DNA of 64,000 nucleotides from Phyllosticta citribraziliensis (GCF_038025025.1 NW_027117348.1:1488001-1552000), one strand, 5' to 3'; positions 1 through 13,302 are shown, counted from the first letter of the stretch. Numbers and translations are program-made. Notes: generated from the sequence alone by a model not told the origin.

Positions 1-242
1 CGAGATAAGGATGAGCATGAGGTGGCGACTCTCTTGCGGCTTTGGGTGCTCGGTGGCAGTGAAGGGCTGCTGATGGTGTTTGATTTCGTTTCCAGGCCCT
101 TCGATGAGTTACGGAGTTGAAGACAAGCATGTTCGCGTTTGGATCCAGGCTGATTCAGACGCCTTGCAAGTTTGGCCAGAACGGCCCCAGGTTTTGCGAC
201 ACTCGGCAAGGTAGGCAGTCGATGGAATGGAGGTATACGTCT

Positions 243-1067
243 TCATTTGCTCGCAAAGCTCCGCGTCTCCATGCTCTCGCCATCGCCCCAGATTTCCTTG
301 CTCTCCTGCTCCACGCCCTTCATCGCCTTTGCCACCTCGTCCAACTTTGCAACGACATCCAAGACGCCCGCGTTGACTCTTTGAAAGTAGCGGTCGTTGG
401 CTTCCCTCCTCTTGCGCGCCAACAAGATGTCATTCTCCGTATCTTGCTCCAGCTGGCTCTTGACGCTCGCCTCGGTTCCGCTCCTCGGTCTGCCAGTGAC
501 GACAGGGGCCGCCGTCCCAAGCCTCTCGTTGCGGTCCGACGCAAGCAAATTGGAAGTGCCCAAGGGTCTTGCTTCCTCCCGCTTGGCGGCCGCGTCTTGC
601 TGCTCGTCCTCGGCCTCAGTCTTTGCCCACGCCTGAGCAAGTGCAATCTGGGCGCTGCGCAAGTCTTCCAGCGCCTTGGAATGGCCAGGCCTGAAGACGT
701 GCGTGCCGTGAATGGCGCTGAGTTCGACTTCTTCCAGCGTGTTTTGCATTTCGGCCCAGATGGCGTCGGTGCGCTCGGCACTCTGCTGCTCTGCTTCGTA
801 GTGCTGCGTCTGCGCAGTGCGCTGCTCCGCCCGGATGGATCTGGTGCTGGGGGCAAGGTTGCCGTCAGCGTCGGTCACGGCCTCGCCTAGCTTGGATCGC
901 TGGCGGAGTAGCGGCGCGCGGCCACTTGATTGAGCGCCAGCGCCAGTTCCAGAGGGCAGCGCCATTGATGTGTTTGATGCATTGCGGGAGGGAGGTCCAA
1001 TGAACAGGGAGGGCGCTGGCGGCCGGTGTTGGCTGTGACTCCGTTCAAGAGGCGCTTGGTGAGACAT
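243..1067 (-). CDS. Hypothetical protein (274 aa) with predicted C-terminal helical/coiled-coil region
   Basis: Single open frame with coding-like composition and helical segments (IWAEMQNTLEEVEL..., LEDLRSAQIALAQAW, VLDVVAKLDEVAKAM). Divergent from RPS23. Confidence 0.75.
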   Translation of the reverse strand: MSHQAPLERSHSQHRPPAPSLFIGPPSRNASNTSMALPSGTGAGAQSSGRAPLLRQRSKLGEAVTDADGNLAPSTRSIRAEQRTAQTQHYEAEQQSAERTDAIWAEMQNTLEEVELSAIHGTHVFRPGHSKALEDLRSAQIALAQAWAKTEAEDEQQDAAAKREEARPLGTSNLLASDRNERLGTAAPVVTGRPRSGTEASVKSQLEQDTENDILLARKRREANDRYFQRVNAGVLDVVAKLDEVAKAMKGVEQESKEIWGDGESMETRSFASK

Positions 1068-1372
1068 GTTGTAAGGAAACAGAACCCGGCCAGATCATCC
1101 GTCCACAAAATGTAGAAAACTGTCCTCTTTCTGACTTCTCCGCCTCATGGTAGGTGGCAGCGTAATGCAGTTGATGGTCAGGGTCAAGGGCGGACGTCAA
1201 GAGTCGCGGGGAAGCGTTGATCCGAAGCGAGGCCGCCGCACGTGACGCACTCGATTGGCGGCGCTCGCTCGCCAACTTCAATTTTGACCCGACCCACTGC
1301 GCCTGTTGCAGCCGACAACGACGACACCTCCACCCCCTCCAAAACCCACCACTGCGATAGCCAGATAAATCG

Positions 1373-1455
1373 GTGCGTACGGCCACGCTGCACTTGTCCA
1401 GACGAAATCCTCCCTCAAAAGAATACCCGTCGCCGCTGACACTCGGAACCTGCAG
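1373..1455 (+). other. Probable 5'-UTR intron of RPS23
   Basis: GTGCGT donor at 1373, GCTGAC branch site and TGCAG acceptor ending 5 nt before the ATG. Confidence 0.6.
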
Positions 1456-1460
1456 CCATC

Positions 1461-2005
1461 ATGGGTAAGGGCAAGCCTCGTGGTCTCAACGCCGCGCGCA
1501 AGCTGCGCAACCACCGCCGCGAGCAGCAGTGGTCCGACCTCCACTACAAGAAGCGTCTCCTCGGTACCGCCTACAAGTCGTCGCCGTTCGGTGGCTCCTC
1601 CCACGCCAAGGGCATCGTCCTCGAGAAGGTCGGTGTTGAGGCCAAGCAGCCCAACTCGGCCATTCGCAAGTGTGTCCGTGTCCAGCTCATCAAGAACGGC
1701 AAGAAGGTCACTGCTTTCGGTACGTGCCACTCCCACACAGCTCCCAGGATTCGCGGATGCATTGGACGCGTTGGAAAGCAATGAGGTGGCAAGCAACACG
1801 AGCATGGACTAATTGAACCTCTGCAGTCCCCAACGACGGTTGCTTGAACTTCGTGGACGAGAACGACGAGGTCCTGCTTGCCGGTTTCGGTCGCAAGGGC
1901 AAGGCCAAGGGTGATATTCCCGGTGTCCGCTTCAAGGTCGTCAAGGTTTCCGGTGTCGGTCTCTCCGCCCTGTGGAAGGAGAAGAAGGAGAAGCCCAGGT
2001 CATAA
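1461..2005 (+). CDS. RPS23: 40S ribosomal protein S23 (uS12), 2 coding exons (intron 1720-1826)
   Basis: [15 protein letters not shown]...[34 protein letters not shown]...KEKPRS*. GTACGT donor, CTAAT branch, CAG acceptor. Confidence 0.98.
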
Positions 2006-2563
2006 GCGCACACATCAGTGTGGTTTCTCTCGAGGCTTGGGGCATGTGGCGAGGTGTGGAGGGTTTCGTGGTCAAGGAAATTTCGGCGCGAATTCAGGAT
2101 GGGTTTCCCTCAAGTCATGTATGCATGGCATGATCTTAGGCTCCGGTTAGGATAATGAAAAATATCCAGCCGGCAAGGCAAACAAACGCCGCGCCACAAA
2201 ACGAATGCAAGGAATTGGACGACGACCATAGACGACCGCTGGGCATTGTGCTTATCCGTAGGACTGCCAGTCAACATTCCGGGAACCGAATCGAGATTCC
2301 AACGCCGACGACGATACCTTTGCCGTAGCAGTTCCTACACCGAACGGCTAAATTTTGGGTTGTGCTATCGCTGCAGCTAATGATCATAGCACCAACCCAT
2401 CCCGTCTTTCGACGAGAATATCAGCGACTCCCGCACAACAAGAATCCAACTCAATCTCAATTTCAAGGACGCCCGCCGCACCGCCATGAGTTTTCCATAC
2501 CAAGCCAAGTGAATAAACAGCGCCACCCGCCCATAAACACCAACGCTTCATACCTCAAAGCTA

Positions 2564-4610
2564 TCAAGACGCACCGGCGAGCGCATCTCTTGCAAATTCC
2601 CACACAGTCCTCGCAACAAAAGCCATGCCAATGATGATGGGCGGCACGGCAATGAATAGCGCCAGCAACAGACCCTTGCCCTCCTCTTCCTCTCGCCGGC
2701 GTCTCTCGGCCTCGATCTGCTCCCGCCGTGCCTCTGCTTCTTGCACCTCCTTGGGCTCGTCGCGGATGCTGAAAACGCTCGTGAATAGCGATTCGAGGCC
2801 CGTGTCGACGGGGTCCTCGCGAAGCTGGAGCCTGGCGGGGGCAAGCTCGAGTTCCCGTGATGCTGGCTCCTCGCCCTCGGTCTCGTAGCGGAAGGCGGGC
2901 GTACCGGGAGTGTCCGTGCTCTTGCCACCGCGGTTCATGATTTTGGCGAAAAAGTCGCGCTGCTTGGCGGCCGATGCTTGCTGGAAGATGGGTTGGTTGG
3001 GCGGGTTGCGGAGTTTGTGTGCGGGTGCCAACGGCGCTGGGGGCAGTGTGCCGCGGAAGGGGTTGCGTTCGTTCGTGGTCGCCGTGTCTTGGAGGAGCGA
3101 GTTCATGAGGTTCGTCTGCTTTTGGACAGGGAGACTGGCGGTGCGCGAGTTGAGGGTGAATAAATGGTTTTCGGGTCTCGTAGGCGTCCATTCCATCGTG
3201 TCTTCGTCAAATTCGGGTCGGACGGTCGTGGCGTCAGTCTCTGTGACGGTCTGATGCGACTTGTACGAGACTGGCGAGGGCGGATCTATGTTTTGAAGGT
3301 TGGGATTGAGTGGTTGTGCCAGGCGGTTGACTGGAAAGGGCTTGAGGTATGCTGGAGACTGTGGCTGAAAAGATGCTGCCGTGGCAGGTCTAGAAAGGGG
3401 TTGTTGCTTTTCAGGAGAGTATTCTGACGGCGTCAAGAGAGGCTCCGGTGCCTTCAAGTTGATGCGCGGTGTCTTGTCAATCTTGACCGTGAATGAGGAA
3501 ATGATGGCAGTCTAATTAAGTCAGCAAAATGCCGTGAGAAAAAGCAAAAAACTTACAATGAAGATGAAGACAAACACGGCAGCGTGGACCGCGCGATAGA
3601 CGTCAATAGGCAACGTAGACTCCGCAGGATCCCTTAAAAACCACCAGGTGGTGCCCCTGACGACAAGCATGAGCACCTGGAGAGTGAGATGGTCCTTCAA
3701 TCCAATGAGTCTGCCACGTGAAGAGTCAATCCTCACAGCCAGCTTGTTGTTCCACCAAAAGGTTGCCAATGCAAGCAACATCATGTTCCTCATCTCGGGA
3801 TACCACGTGCTGATGCATTCGCTCTGTACGACGCCGTACTTGCGAGCCTGGCCGATGCAAGTCCACCCATTAAAAACTTGGACGTCCTTACCGTCCCCCA
3901 GCGTGCCAGGGCTTGCAAACACCCCCATGGCGCTCCATATCAAGTGACTGACAATGCTGCTCCACCACAGAATGCCAGTCCAGAATATCAAGATGCTCTG
4001 CCATGTCCAGGTCATCGACTTTTTTCCGATTCCAATCGTCTTGGCCCTCTCCAGCAGCCTGTTGACGTGGTCTGCCTTGGCCGCATGCGCCGTCTGCTTG
4101 ATCCTGTCTCTTACTCGCGGCGCACAGTCGTGGCACACCTGCGGATACCGTTTCTCGAGGTTTTTCTTGTATTCTGGGAGAGACTTTTCAAACTTGGAAA
4201 AGCTTGGGTCTTCGGGGGGCGGCAGGTAGGAGGCCAGGGTTTGGTTGACAATGTACTGGTTCTGAATGCATGTTGCGCAGAAGAGGCTACCTTCGACGGG
4301 ATGCAGTGTTGGGGTAGGGACGCGTCCTGGTACGTAGTGGGCGTAGATTGTCGGGGCTGGAGTCTCGGTCGCGACGGGAGGGTCTGTTATTTCACCCTTC
4401 TGCAAGAAACGCGTCAGTCGCCCGCATGTCGCATGTCACAGCGAATAGTAAATAGACGGCAGCTCGCGCGCCAACAGCGCAACTTACCTCGTCGAGATAG
4501 TTTGTCGCCTCACATTGTTGGCAGTCAAATTGACGAACGTGTGAGTTTCTCGAGAAGCGCGAGCGGGTGCCGCAGTAGAAGCAGCACAGGTTGCGTCGTA
4601 AGAAGGGCAT
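2564..4610 (-). CDS. IMA1: Ima1-like integral inner nuclear membrane protein, 3 exons (introns approx. 4487-4400, 3556-3512)
   Basis: N-terminal Cys pairs CFYC...CQQCEATNYLD...FCATC...YPQVCHDC typical of the Ima1 N-terminal domain. Transmembrane segments and a C-terminal anchor follow. Confidence 0.9.
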
Positions 4611-4923
4611 GTCGGAGAGGTGTTGTTGCATGGGGCAGAGACGCGGACTTGGCGGCGATGGGTTCCGCTGCGGAAAAGTTTCGAGATGACGACGGCCAGT
4701 CGTTGACCATCAGCAGGGAGCAACGACGGATGGTGACGAGGCACGAAGTCGGCCAGAGCTGAGACCATTTACTCGACCTCGATTGTTCACATTCACATTC
4801 CCTTCACTTTCGGCAAACCGAATTGTTCGAGGCCTCCGTCTCGGCCAGCTCCGCCCGCACCTTTTACCTCACCTCGCTCAACCACCACCCCCGACACACA
4901 CCACCGCCGCCGCAACCAGCGCC

Positions 4924-6038
4924 ATGCAAAAGGTCCTACAACGCACGGCCATGGCCAAGCGCCAGGCCGCGCGCAAGGCCGAGATTGCGGCAGAAAAGAA
5001 GAAGTTGCGGGAATCAGTAGTGTCACGACTCCAATCCGTACAAGTCAACCAAAAGGTCGCGGACCAAGTGCGCGAAGCGCGTCGCCATCGGCGCGAAAAC
5101 TGGGAACTCGGGCCATTGGCACCTCGGCGAGATGTTGGCGGAGAGAAGAAGCTGTACGGAACCGTCGTGGCAGAGCGCATGCGCCAATTCCCCGTCCACC
5201 CCGACCGCAGGCTCAAATTCACGCCCTTTGCCACGGGCGACCGGGTCGTCTTGTTGAAGGGAAGGGACAAAGGCAAGATTGGCGAGATCAAAGAGGTCCA
5301 CGACGAGTCGCAGACCCTCACGATCAGCGGCCTCAACACCGTGAGGATATCCAAGAGAGCACCAGAGCTTCGTATTAACAAAGTCGACCGCAGGCCGAAG
5401 TTCCCGTCCCCGACCATCTCCAAGGCCAGCCTGAACTAGGCCTGATGGACAGACCGTACCGAACAATCGAAATCCCCACGCCCTTTGCCGAAGTACGCCT
5501 CGTGTACCCTCTCCCCGACCCCAAGACCGGCATCAAGCGAGACGTCATCATCCAGAATGTTGTGCGAGAGCCCGTAATCCGCGACGACAAGGTGACCTAC
5601 CGGCGCTACATTCCAGGCACCAAGATCGAGATTCCGTGGAAGACGCCCAAGAGGACCGAGTACGCGGACCAGCCCGCCGACACGCTGCGCATCCTGGTCG
5701 ACGAGCGGTCGTTTGTGCCGACGCTGCTGCGGCCGCCCATGCCAAACTCCGTCATCAATGAGCTGCGCAACCAGTTCAGCTACTTCAGGGATAGGCACGA
5801 TCCTGAGTATGTCGCTAGGAAGGTGGCCGAGGACGAACTGCAAAAGGGCAAGGGCGTTGAGTCGCTGAAGATGATGACGCCGCTCAAGGAGCTCAACGCG
5901 CGCATCAGGAGAGCCAACAGGGCGAGAGGACGGCAACCAATCGACAGGAGCGTGTTGGCGGCGATCGGCGAGCGGATGGCAATAGTTATGGAGAAGAATA
6001 GCGCAAAGAAGAGCGCAAAGAGCGCAGCAAGGGCCTGA
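4924..6038 (+). CDS. MRPL40: Mitochondrial large-subunit ribosomal protein uL24m (KOW motif), intron 5341-5393
   Basis: GDRVVLLKGRDKGKIG KOW motif, RYIPGTKIEIPW, FVPTLLRPPMPNSVINELRN. Splicing joins ORFs 4783 and 5445 in frame. Confidence 0.88.
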
Positions 6039-6225
6039 TATCCGGAGAGGAAATTCAAAAACGCACACGTTCGCATGTCTGAGTTGGGAGAAGAATAGAA
6101 GCATGCCCTGTATAACAAATCAATGCCATTGAATCTGAGCCTGAGCTCAGCCGCTTTTGAACTCCAGTGCTGATGCTGATGATCCTAGCTATGCAACCCA
6201 AAACGCCCGAAATTCGTATGGTGCC

Positions 6226-7248
6226 TCAAATCAGTACGCCCAGATACTCGCCCCTGCCAGCGGTCTTGTCCAGCAACGTCTCCCACTGCACCAAGAAGCG
6301 ATCCACAACTCTGACCAGTAGCCTGCCACTCAAACTCAGCCTCTTGACCCGCGCCCAGCTCTCCACATAGATGGTCCGTATGCGGCTCGTGCGATCCAAG
6401 TCCCCCAGGTCGCAGAAGCGCATCAGCAGCGCGGCCAGTACGACAATAACGCCGGTGCCTGGCCCATTGGTCAGGATGAGGTTGGGGAAAAAGGTCGTCT
6501 GGTGCTGAGGTGCTGTGCTGGATGCGATGGCCGGCGAGGCAAAGGGAGATCGAAGGATTGCGTGGCAGGCGGCGAGGCAGCGCAGCGAGGAGTAAGGCGT
6601 CGTAAGAAGGGATTGGTGAATCTTGCGCGCGCGCGGGACGAGTTGGATGTCGTAGGTGCCGATTTCGAGCTCCCCGCCCTTCCTGTCATCAGCTGCTCTC
6701 TTGACCTGTTCAATGACCTCCTCTTCCTCGTCGTCTGTGAATATCGCGGCCGCGTCTTCCTCCTCGCTCGTCCGCGCGGGTTTCTTGACTACCCGTCCAG
6801 TGGCAAACACCATCAAACTTTCCTCCCACTCGCGCGCGCGCTCGGCGCTCAACGAATCGCCTTCACTGACGACGTATGTCCGGTGGCTCCAGCTGCGCAG
6901 AAAGCGCGCCTTGTCCAGGTTGCCCAGCATCGCCATCATCTCCGCCGTGTGCCCACCGCTCCCCAAAACGACAAGCAGACGCGTCGGCTCGATTGACGCA
7001 TCAAAGTCGATGATGTCGGCGAATTGCGCATCTTCGGCGCCTTTCGATGAGGCTGGCGCGTTGGTGGATGTTGCTCCGACGTCGTCATTCAGAGAGGGGT
7101 CGCCGGGCCGTTTGCGCGGGCGCGGTGGTAATCGTAGGGGCGGGAGGATGAATATGAGACGGAGGGCGAGGAAGGGGATGCTTAGGAGGGCGAGGATGAG
7201 GAGGCCGTTGAGGAAGAGCGTCGTCGCAGGTGGAGTTGGTGCCGACAT
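6226..7248 (-). CDS. ALG14: UDP-N-acetylglucosamine transferase subunit Alg14
   Basis: VVLGSGGHTAEM, PRARKIHQS, LILTNGPGT, YVESWARVKRLSLSG and VDRFLVQW motifs. N-terminal transmembrane anchor. Confidence 0.93.
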   Translation of the reverse strand: MSAPTPPATTLFLNGLLILALLSIPFLALRLIFILPPLRLPPRPRKRPGDPSLNDDVGATSTNAPASSKGAEDAQFADIIDFDASIEPTRLLVVLGSGGHTAEMMAMLGNLDKARFLRSWSHRTYVVSEGDSLSAERAREWEESLMVFATGRVVKKPARTSEEEDAAAIFTDDEEEEVIEQVKRAADDRKGGELEIGTYDIQLVPRARKIHQSLLTTPYSSLRCLAACHAILRSPFASPAIASSTAPQHQTTFFPNLILTNGPGTGVIVVLAALLMRFCDLGDLDRTSRIRTIYVESWARVKRLSLSGRLLVRVVDRFLVQWETLLDKTAGRGEYLGVLI

Positions 7249-7913
7249 GGTTTGCTGCTCCAGGAGAGGTTGTTGTACGCCGTGGGCTGGATTAGCGCAT
7301 TGTTGCGCGCGCATTTGAAATTCGGCGTCAATTGGAGCTCTAGAGCCTTTCTCAAAGTGGAATATCTGGCCGTTTTCGAGAGAGGCGGAACAGTTGATGG
7401 TAATAGGGAGTAAGAAGGGCCAGGAAAATGGCACGGAGTTAAGAAGCGGATGCGCGGCAATGTCCGAAGCACTTGAGACTTCCTGGTGCTGTCTTCCTTC
7501 CTTTCAGTTCAACCTTTTCCAACATTTTCCAATCAATGATTCCTCCTGCTTTCGGGTGACCCTTGAATTTCAACGGCCATTCAATTTTTTCCCTTGGCCA
7601 GCAGTGGCAAGGTAGTGCTGTAGTTCCCATCACTGTGGATTTCAAAAGATGTGTTCATACCTGGTGCTCCGACTGCGTTCCAAGAGCATTCATTACTTTG
7701 GAAAAAGCTAGAGCGCCATCGTTTACTGCCGAAGTTGCTCTGGAGTATCAGATTGCTGCCGCAATCACGTCCAGGCAGTATCCACTCGCTGCCACAGTCG
7801 CGTCTAGGGTGCATTCGCTCACTGCCGCAGCCGGACTCACAGGATCAATTCATGTAACATTCACTGTGCCTCTATCAAGCCAAAGCTGTCAACCCATGAG
7901 TTCCACCTTCCAA

Positions 7914-10900
7914 TTAGCGTGCCTTTTTGAGACGTCTATTGTACTGGGCCAGCAGCTCCCTGGGACACCATGCGCGAAACCATGCATCATGTTTCTGGCA
8001 GTTTAGAAGCTTTTCCGCCTCTTTCATTTCATTGTCATTGCGAAGCTCCTCGGATGTTTTTGCGCCAAATCTCCTAAGCAGCTCCCTCATTTCGTCACTC
8101 AATCTCTGCGCCTCCCCCGTGCGTCTTGGCCTTTTGTAAAGGGGGTCTGTGTACCCTTTCAGTCTGTATCCTTTCAGTGTGTACCATTGCGAGCTGTAGG
8201 CAGTCAAATCAAGCGGTGTCTCCCCCACCGAGTTGATCGGGGAGGGACGTGCACCTCGTTCGAGGAGAAGACGCACGCAATCTACATTGCCATAGTCAAC
8301 AGCTCCATGAAGCGGTGTCCATCCTCTATCGGTTGTCAGGGAGGTGTCTGCCCCGCTGTCCAAAAAGTACCTCACAACGTCAGTTGCCCCAAATACAGCT
8401 GATGCAAACAGAGCTGTTCCACGCTCTCTGGAATTCAATTTGTGCATGAGATCGATGTTTGCACCATGGTCTTTGAGCAGTTGGAGCACTAGCAATGACC
8501 ACGTTAGAACAAGCTGCGTTCAATCCACTCAGTGGATAGCTTTCATTCTTACCTTTATCATTTGCGACCCCAGCGTTCGACATCAAGGGGGTATTGCCGT
8601 CTCGATCTCTCAGGTCTACTTTTGCGCCGTAATTCAAAAGCAGTCTGGCAAGGCGGCGATTATTTCTGGCTATGGCGCGGTGAAGAAGGCCTTGGCCGTT
8701 GGCCTTCCTCAAGTTTGGGTTGACGCCGTACTCCAAGAGTAATTTGATGACTTCAAAATGACCCTTCTCGACTGCTAAGAAGCAAGCAGTCTTGATGGTG
8801 GCTGTCTTTATTCTCTCATGATTTTTCTTTGCTTTGGTGTCATATTTTTGCGCTTTTTCGTGATCCCAAGCATCGAGCTCTTCATCGTCTTTGTCGCTAG
8901 AGTCTTCACCTGACTCGTCGCTTGGGAAATCGCTATCGGTGAAAATGTCGCTGGCGTCTTCGTATGAATCGTCGCTTGCAAAGTCGCTGTCGCCGTCCCT
9001 GTCGCTGTCGCTGTCGCTCGACAATTCTTCATAAGGGAAATCCCTGCTCCTAACAGGACCCAGATCAATGGACCCGATTGAGTCAGGACGAAGAAGATCA
9101 AGAAGGCCTCGCACGTCTCCTCTGTAGGCCAGCTGAAGGAAACTCCTGTATTTTTGGAGCGCTTTCTCGGTCTGGATAGCGCGCTCATTCCCGGTGTTCA
9201 ATGCAGGAGCGCTTGACAGCAGATTCTTGGACGGAGTCCTTACGGAGAAGATTGTGTCCAACATGAGTTTGAAGAATCCAAGCAGCCAGAAGAGCACCTC
9301 CCCGACGATTTCGAGAAAGCCCCCCACTTCGTCATCAGGATGGTATTGGACAATCTTCTCTACTGCCTTTGTTTGATTTCGTTCTGCGACATGGAGCGAG
9401 ATCGTAAGTCCTCTCAGGGATGAAAGGTCAAAATGTGCGCCGCAGTCCAGAAGGATTGAAGCAATGTCATCATGACCGGCCTTGAATGCTACGGTAAGAG
9501 CCGATTGGTGGCGTAGATCCAGTTCTTCAACATTGGACCCCTTCTTGATCAGATTTCTGGCCAATTCCGCGCATCCCAAGAAAACGGCGAGGTGTAATGT
9601 GGGAATTAAAACAGCCCGCCGCCACTGATCGAGATCATCGGGAATTACGTGAATTCTTGCGCCGTGAAGCCAAATCTCGGGGTCTCCTTTGTCAAAGACT
9701 TCTGACTTCCTGTAGTATCCGTCGAACCTGAGCAAGAAAAGACAATAGAACTCTCGACTTGGCCTTTCCTGAATTAGGGTGCTGATAGCCTCAAGAAGCC
9801 TAGGATCCTTTGAATGATTTCGGACTTGGCGATAGTGCTGGCTGAGATGCATCCCTGCATATTCTGCAAAGGGACAGTCGACAATGGCCCTGATGGGACG
9901 TCCCTTGAAATAATCGCGCCACTCATAGTCTGCCCTCCTCAGATAATTGGCGCAAACGAGAGCGATGCGGCTCTCGAATTCCGGGAAGAGCTGGTGCCTA
10001 TGCTCGTTGAAGAACTCTTGAGCAGAGAAGTGGAAAAAGCGAACCAAATTGTCTACGTCGACCTCAATCAGCCCGTGACCGAAAGACGGGATGTCGCTCT
10101 CCGGAATCAGATCTCCCTCGTCGATCTTTGCGGTCACTTCCTCTGATGCAAGGGCATACTGTAGATCTTGGACTGAGAGAGGTTGCCGTGCGAAGGATAC
10201 CCAACCCAAGATGGCTTTGGCACGCTCTGCCCTTTTGGGTTGCTTACTTTCCATGATTCGGATCATGACATGGTCGTAACTAGCGGGAATGGTATCTGGT
10301 AAATTTTCGAGAACTCTCTTGACCTCATTTGGCACCTCTATTTCCGTAAGCGCCTTCATGTGCAATTGGACGATGAGAAACCTAAGGATTCAGCCTTGCT
10401 TCTTGTTTATCAAAGCCCTGAGCCAGAATGGGGATAGAGAAGCTTACACTCTCCCTGACCTCTGCGGGACCAATTCCTTTATTTCTTTGCTGAACTTTTG
10501 GAGCACGCGATGTTTTCGGACGGTCTGGTCGATGTAATCCTGAATGTCTTCATCGTGCGCTTCGATTTTCTGTTCCGTGAATCCATGCTGAACGTCTTCC
10601 TGCTGGTCCAAGACCCTGGACATTACTAGGACTTTTGCACCTCCGGGGATTGATTGCAAGCTTTCCATGAGCGAATATCGGATGCCACGCTCGCACTCAT
10701 CCAGCGCGTCGACAATGACGTAAATCTGCCTGGTTGCCGCCAATTTTGACAACAGCTCTTTGGTATCGCGCAATTCAAGCGCCCGGAAAGATCGCCCATG
10801 TCTTTGATATTCTTTGAATAGATTCCGGACTTCGCTGTGGATCTCGGTGGAGTCTGATTCGAATTGCCGAAGAATGTTTCCAAGGAGTTCATTTATTCCC

Positions 10901-12128
10901 GGATCAGCTTTGTATGAGAGGTAAAGGCATGCGACCATGGCATTACTTGAACCATTTGCTGGTTCATGTACCCGGTTCCGGAGGTGTTCGGTGATAATTG
11001 AGCTAATGCAAATTTAATTGACGAGCATTTGGTGAAGAATAAGGGGTTTCTTACGCTAGGACACTCTTTCCGGCACCAGCTAGATCGTGTCAGTATACTG
11101 TCAATGAGACGAAATCATATTTACTGACGAGCTCCTGTACACCATAGCCTGTTGATGTCCCCATCTCGCCAGCGGGTGAACGTATCTGATTCGAGGAGCC
11201 AGCGACCAGCCACAAGGCTTTCCCCCACTCGCTCTTGGAGGCTTTGATGCACTGTGTTGAAATTCAACTTTGACAACCAGTCAAGGATATCATCGCGCTC
11301 GTGGTCTTTGTATTGGTCTGCAATTTTGCTGACCTTTCTGTGCGTCTTGGCAACTAGAGCAAGCGTGAGTGCGCGGATGCACTTGGTGAGGTTTTCTTCG
11401 GCCTCGGTCGCCTTGGATAGAGCATCGCTAAGCTCGTCATCATCGAGAAGTTTCTTCTGGAATTTTCCTTTGAAGAATCAGCAGCCATGCAAAGCAAACT
11501 CCAATGCAAGCACGCACTGAACCTGTGATTTGTCTGCGCAATGCCGATGCTGCTGATTTCAAGACAACTTTTAAAGAGACCTATGATGCTTTCCTTCAGA
11601 TGGTCTCCAAGCTCCTCCAGCTGACCTATCTCTCCTTCGAGGGGTGAGAGTTGGTCAAATCTGCTCGCCAGCTGTTTGAAGAATGCTTCCACTTTGTCGA
11701 AGTCTTCAGCAACTTTTGTAACAGATACAAACAAGTAGGCCACGGCATTTACAACAAGCGACGCTGGCGACGCAGCCGGGACAGCCTGCGTTGGCACATA
11801 ATGGTCAGTACACCACCTCCCATCAACAACAGAGGAGCGATTTCCGACTTACAGCCGAAACCACGTTGACGGCAAACCCAAGGAAACTGATTGTGATTTG
11901 AATTTGCTTGAAATGGCGGCCAACTTTCTCGCAAACTCTGTCCAGACGGCCAGTTTTGTGCCGCGAATGTTGGAAAGCCTTCAACCATGACTCTGGATCA
12001 GACTGAAACCTGGCCGCTTCTTGCTTCTCTAACTCTGGAATGGGATTAGAGGCAAGAAAATCCGCTTCTGCAGACTTCCACAATTCGAGGAGCTCTCCTT
12101 CGCAAGGAAATTCGACCTTTTCGCCCAT
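7914..12128 (-). CDS. Fungal NLR-like STAND protein: N-terminal helical (Goodbye-like) domain, NACHT NTPase, winged helix and ankyrin repeats; about 7 exons, frame appears intact
   Basis: The splice model restores ILDWLS...GRWLLES...RLWCTGAP|GAGKSVLA (Walker A via the 25-nt exon 11055-11079), Walker B YVIVDALDE, ILGWVSFARQPLSVQDLQYALA and several ankyrin repeats (GWTPLHGAV, GNTPLM, GETPLDL). Confidence 0.88.
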
Positions 12129-13302
12129 GACGGTAACAGACGGGGAAGTTAAACATTCGCGCGAGCAACCCAGGGCCCTTCGCGCCGAATATAAAAGAAT
12201 CAGTTACCATGCTGTAGGGCGGCGCGGTTGATGATCCACAATCAAAAACCCCTGTCTTGGTTGATCGACACGCTGTCAAGACAGTTCGACCAGCCAGTCT
12301 TCAGCGATAAGCGCCACGAGGTTTTGGACCATTGACTTGCAGCCAGCTCTGCGACACGAACTGCCAGTTGTCGAGCGCCTGCGGACTCATTTTGGAAAGT
12401 GGCAGTGTTAGCCTGTTTGTTGGAGCGCGTCCCGAAGTCTTGTAGCGATTAAGCACCAGTCCAATCATCGCACGCGTCGTTGTCTTTTCAAGCGCCGACA
12501 GCCGCCGTGGCTTTTCAAGGACAACAGTCTCGACCATGCAATCAAACGCCATGGAAGCGCGGGAGATCCAGTATCGGTATTCGTCAATCGGGCGATTCAG
12601 GTGGAGAGGAGTGGGCTGTGGCCCAAAATCGCCATCAGGTGCGCCCGCCCACGCTAGTCCCAATTAGGCAACGTGTCTGCCTTCTCACAAACAACTCCAT
12701 CGAAGTTGGGGCAGACATGGAGCATTCATATAGTTCAATTGATGAATTACAGGGAGAATCCAAGGCCTTCATTTCAGGACTCCTTGGAAGCATTCAAGCC
12801 CTGACCGACGGAGTAGCGAGCAGCATTCATGAGTTCCAATCACTGAATGTGCCGCAATTTTTGTCACCAAGCCTTGATTTGATCCTTTGACGCCGCGGCG
12901 ATATTTGGTAGATGTGAGAGTCGTCTTATTTGTCCGTTGCAAACGGATCGATGATGGTGAACATTTGTCACATGAGTCAGCATCAACAGAAGTGAGCAGG
13001 TGAATGGTCGCATTTGTAGGTGTTGAAAATGAAAGAGAATGGGAGAACAACATCCAGACAAAACCGGAAGGCCCCGCCGCCGACTTTGGGCAGTCACGTC
13101 GGCGTAAAATGTAGCCACCACCCGCTCGCCTGTCTAGAAACAACAACCGTGCTTCTCACCATTGCTCAGCAACACTCTTCCACCGCATTTACTGGATTTC
13201 TCTCGTTCGGAACCTGGCCGAAGCCAGGCCAAGCCCAGGGTATGTTGAGCTTCTACGGTCCTGCATGACAACGCGACTGACCGAATCTTGACCCAGGCAA
13301 CC

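Noticed and set aside
117..890. 257-aa plus-strand ORF
   Set aside because: Overlaps the better-supported minus-strand gene 243-1067.
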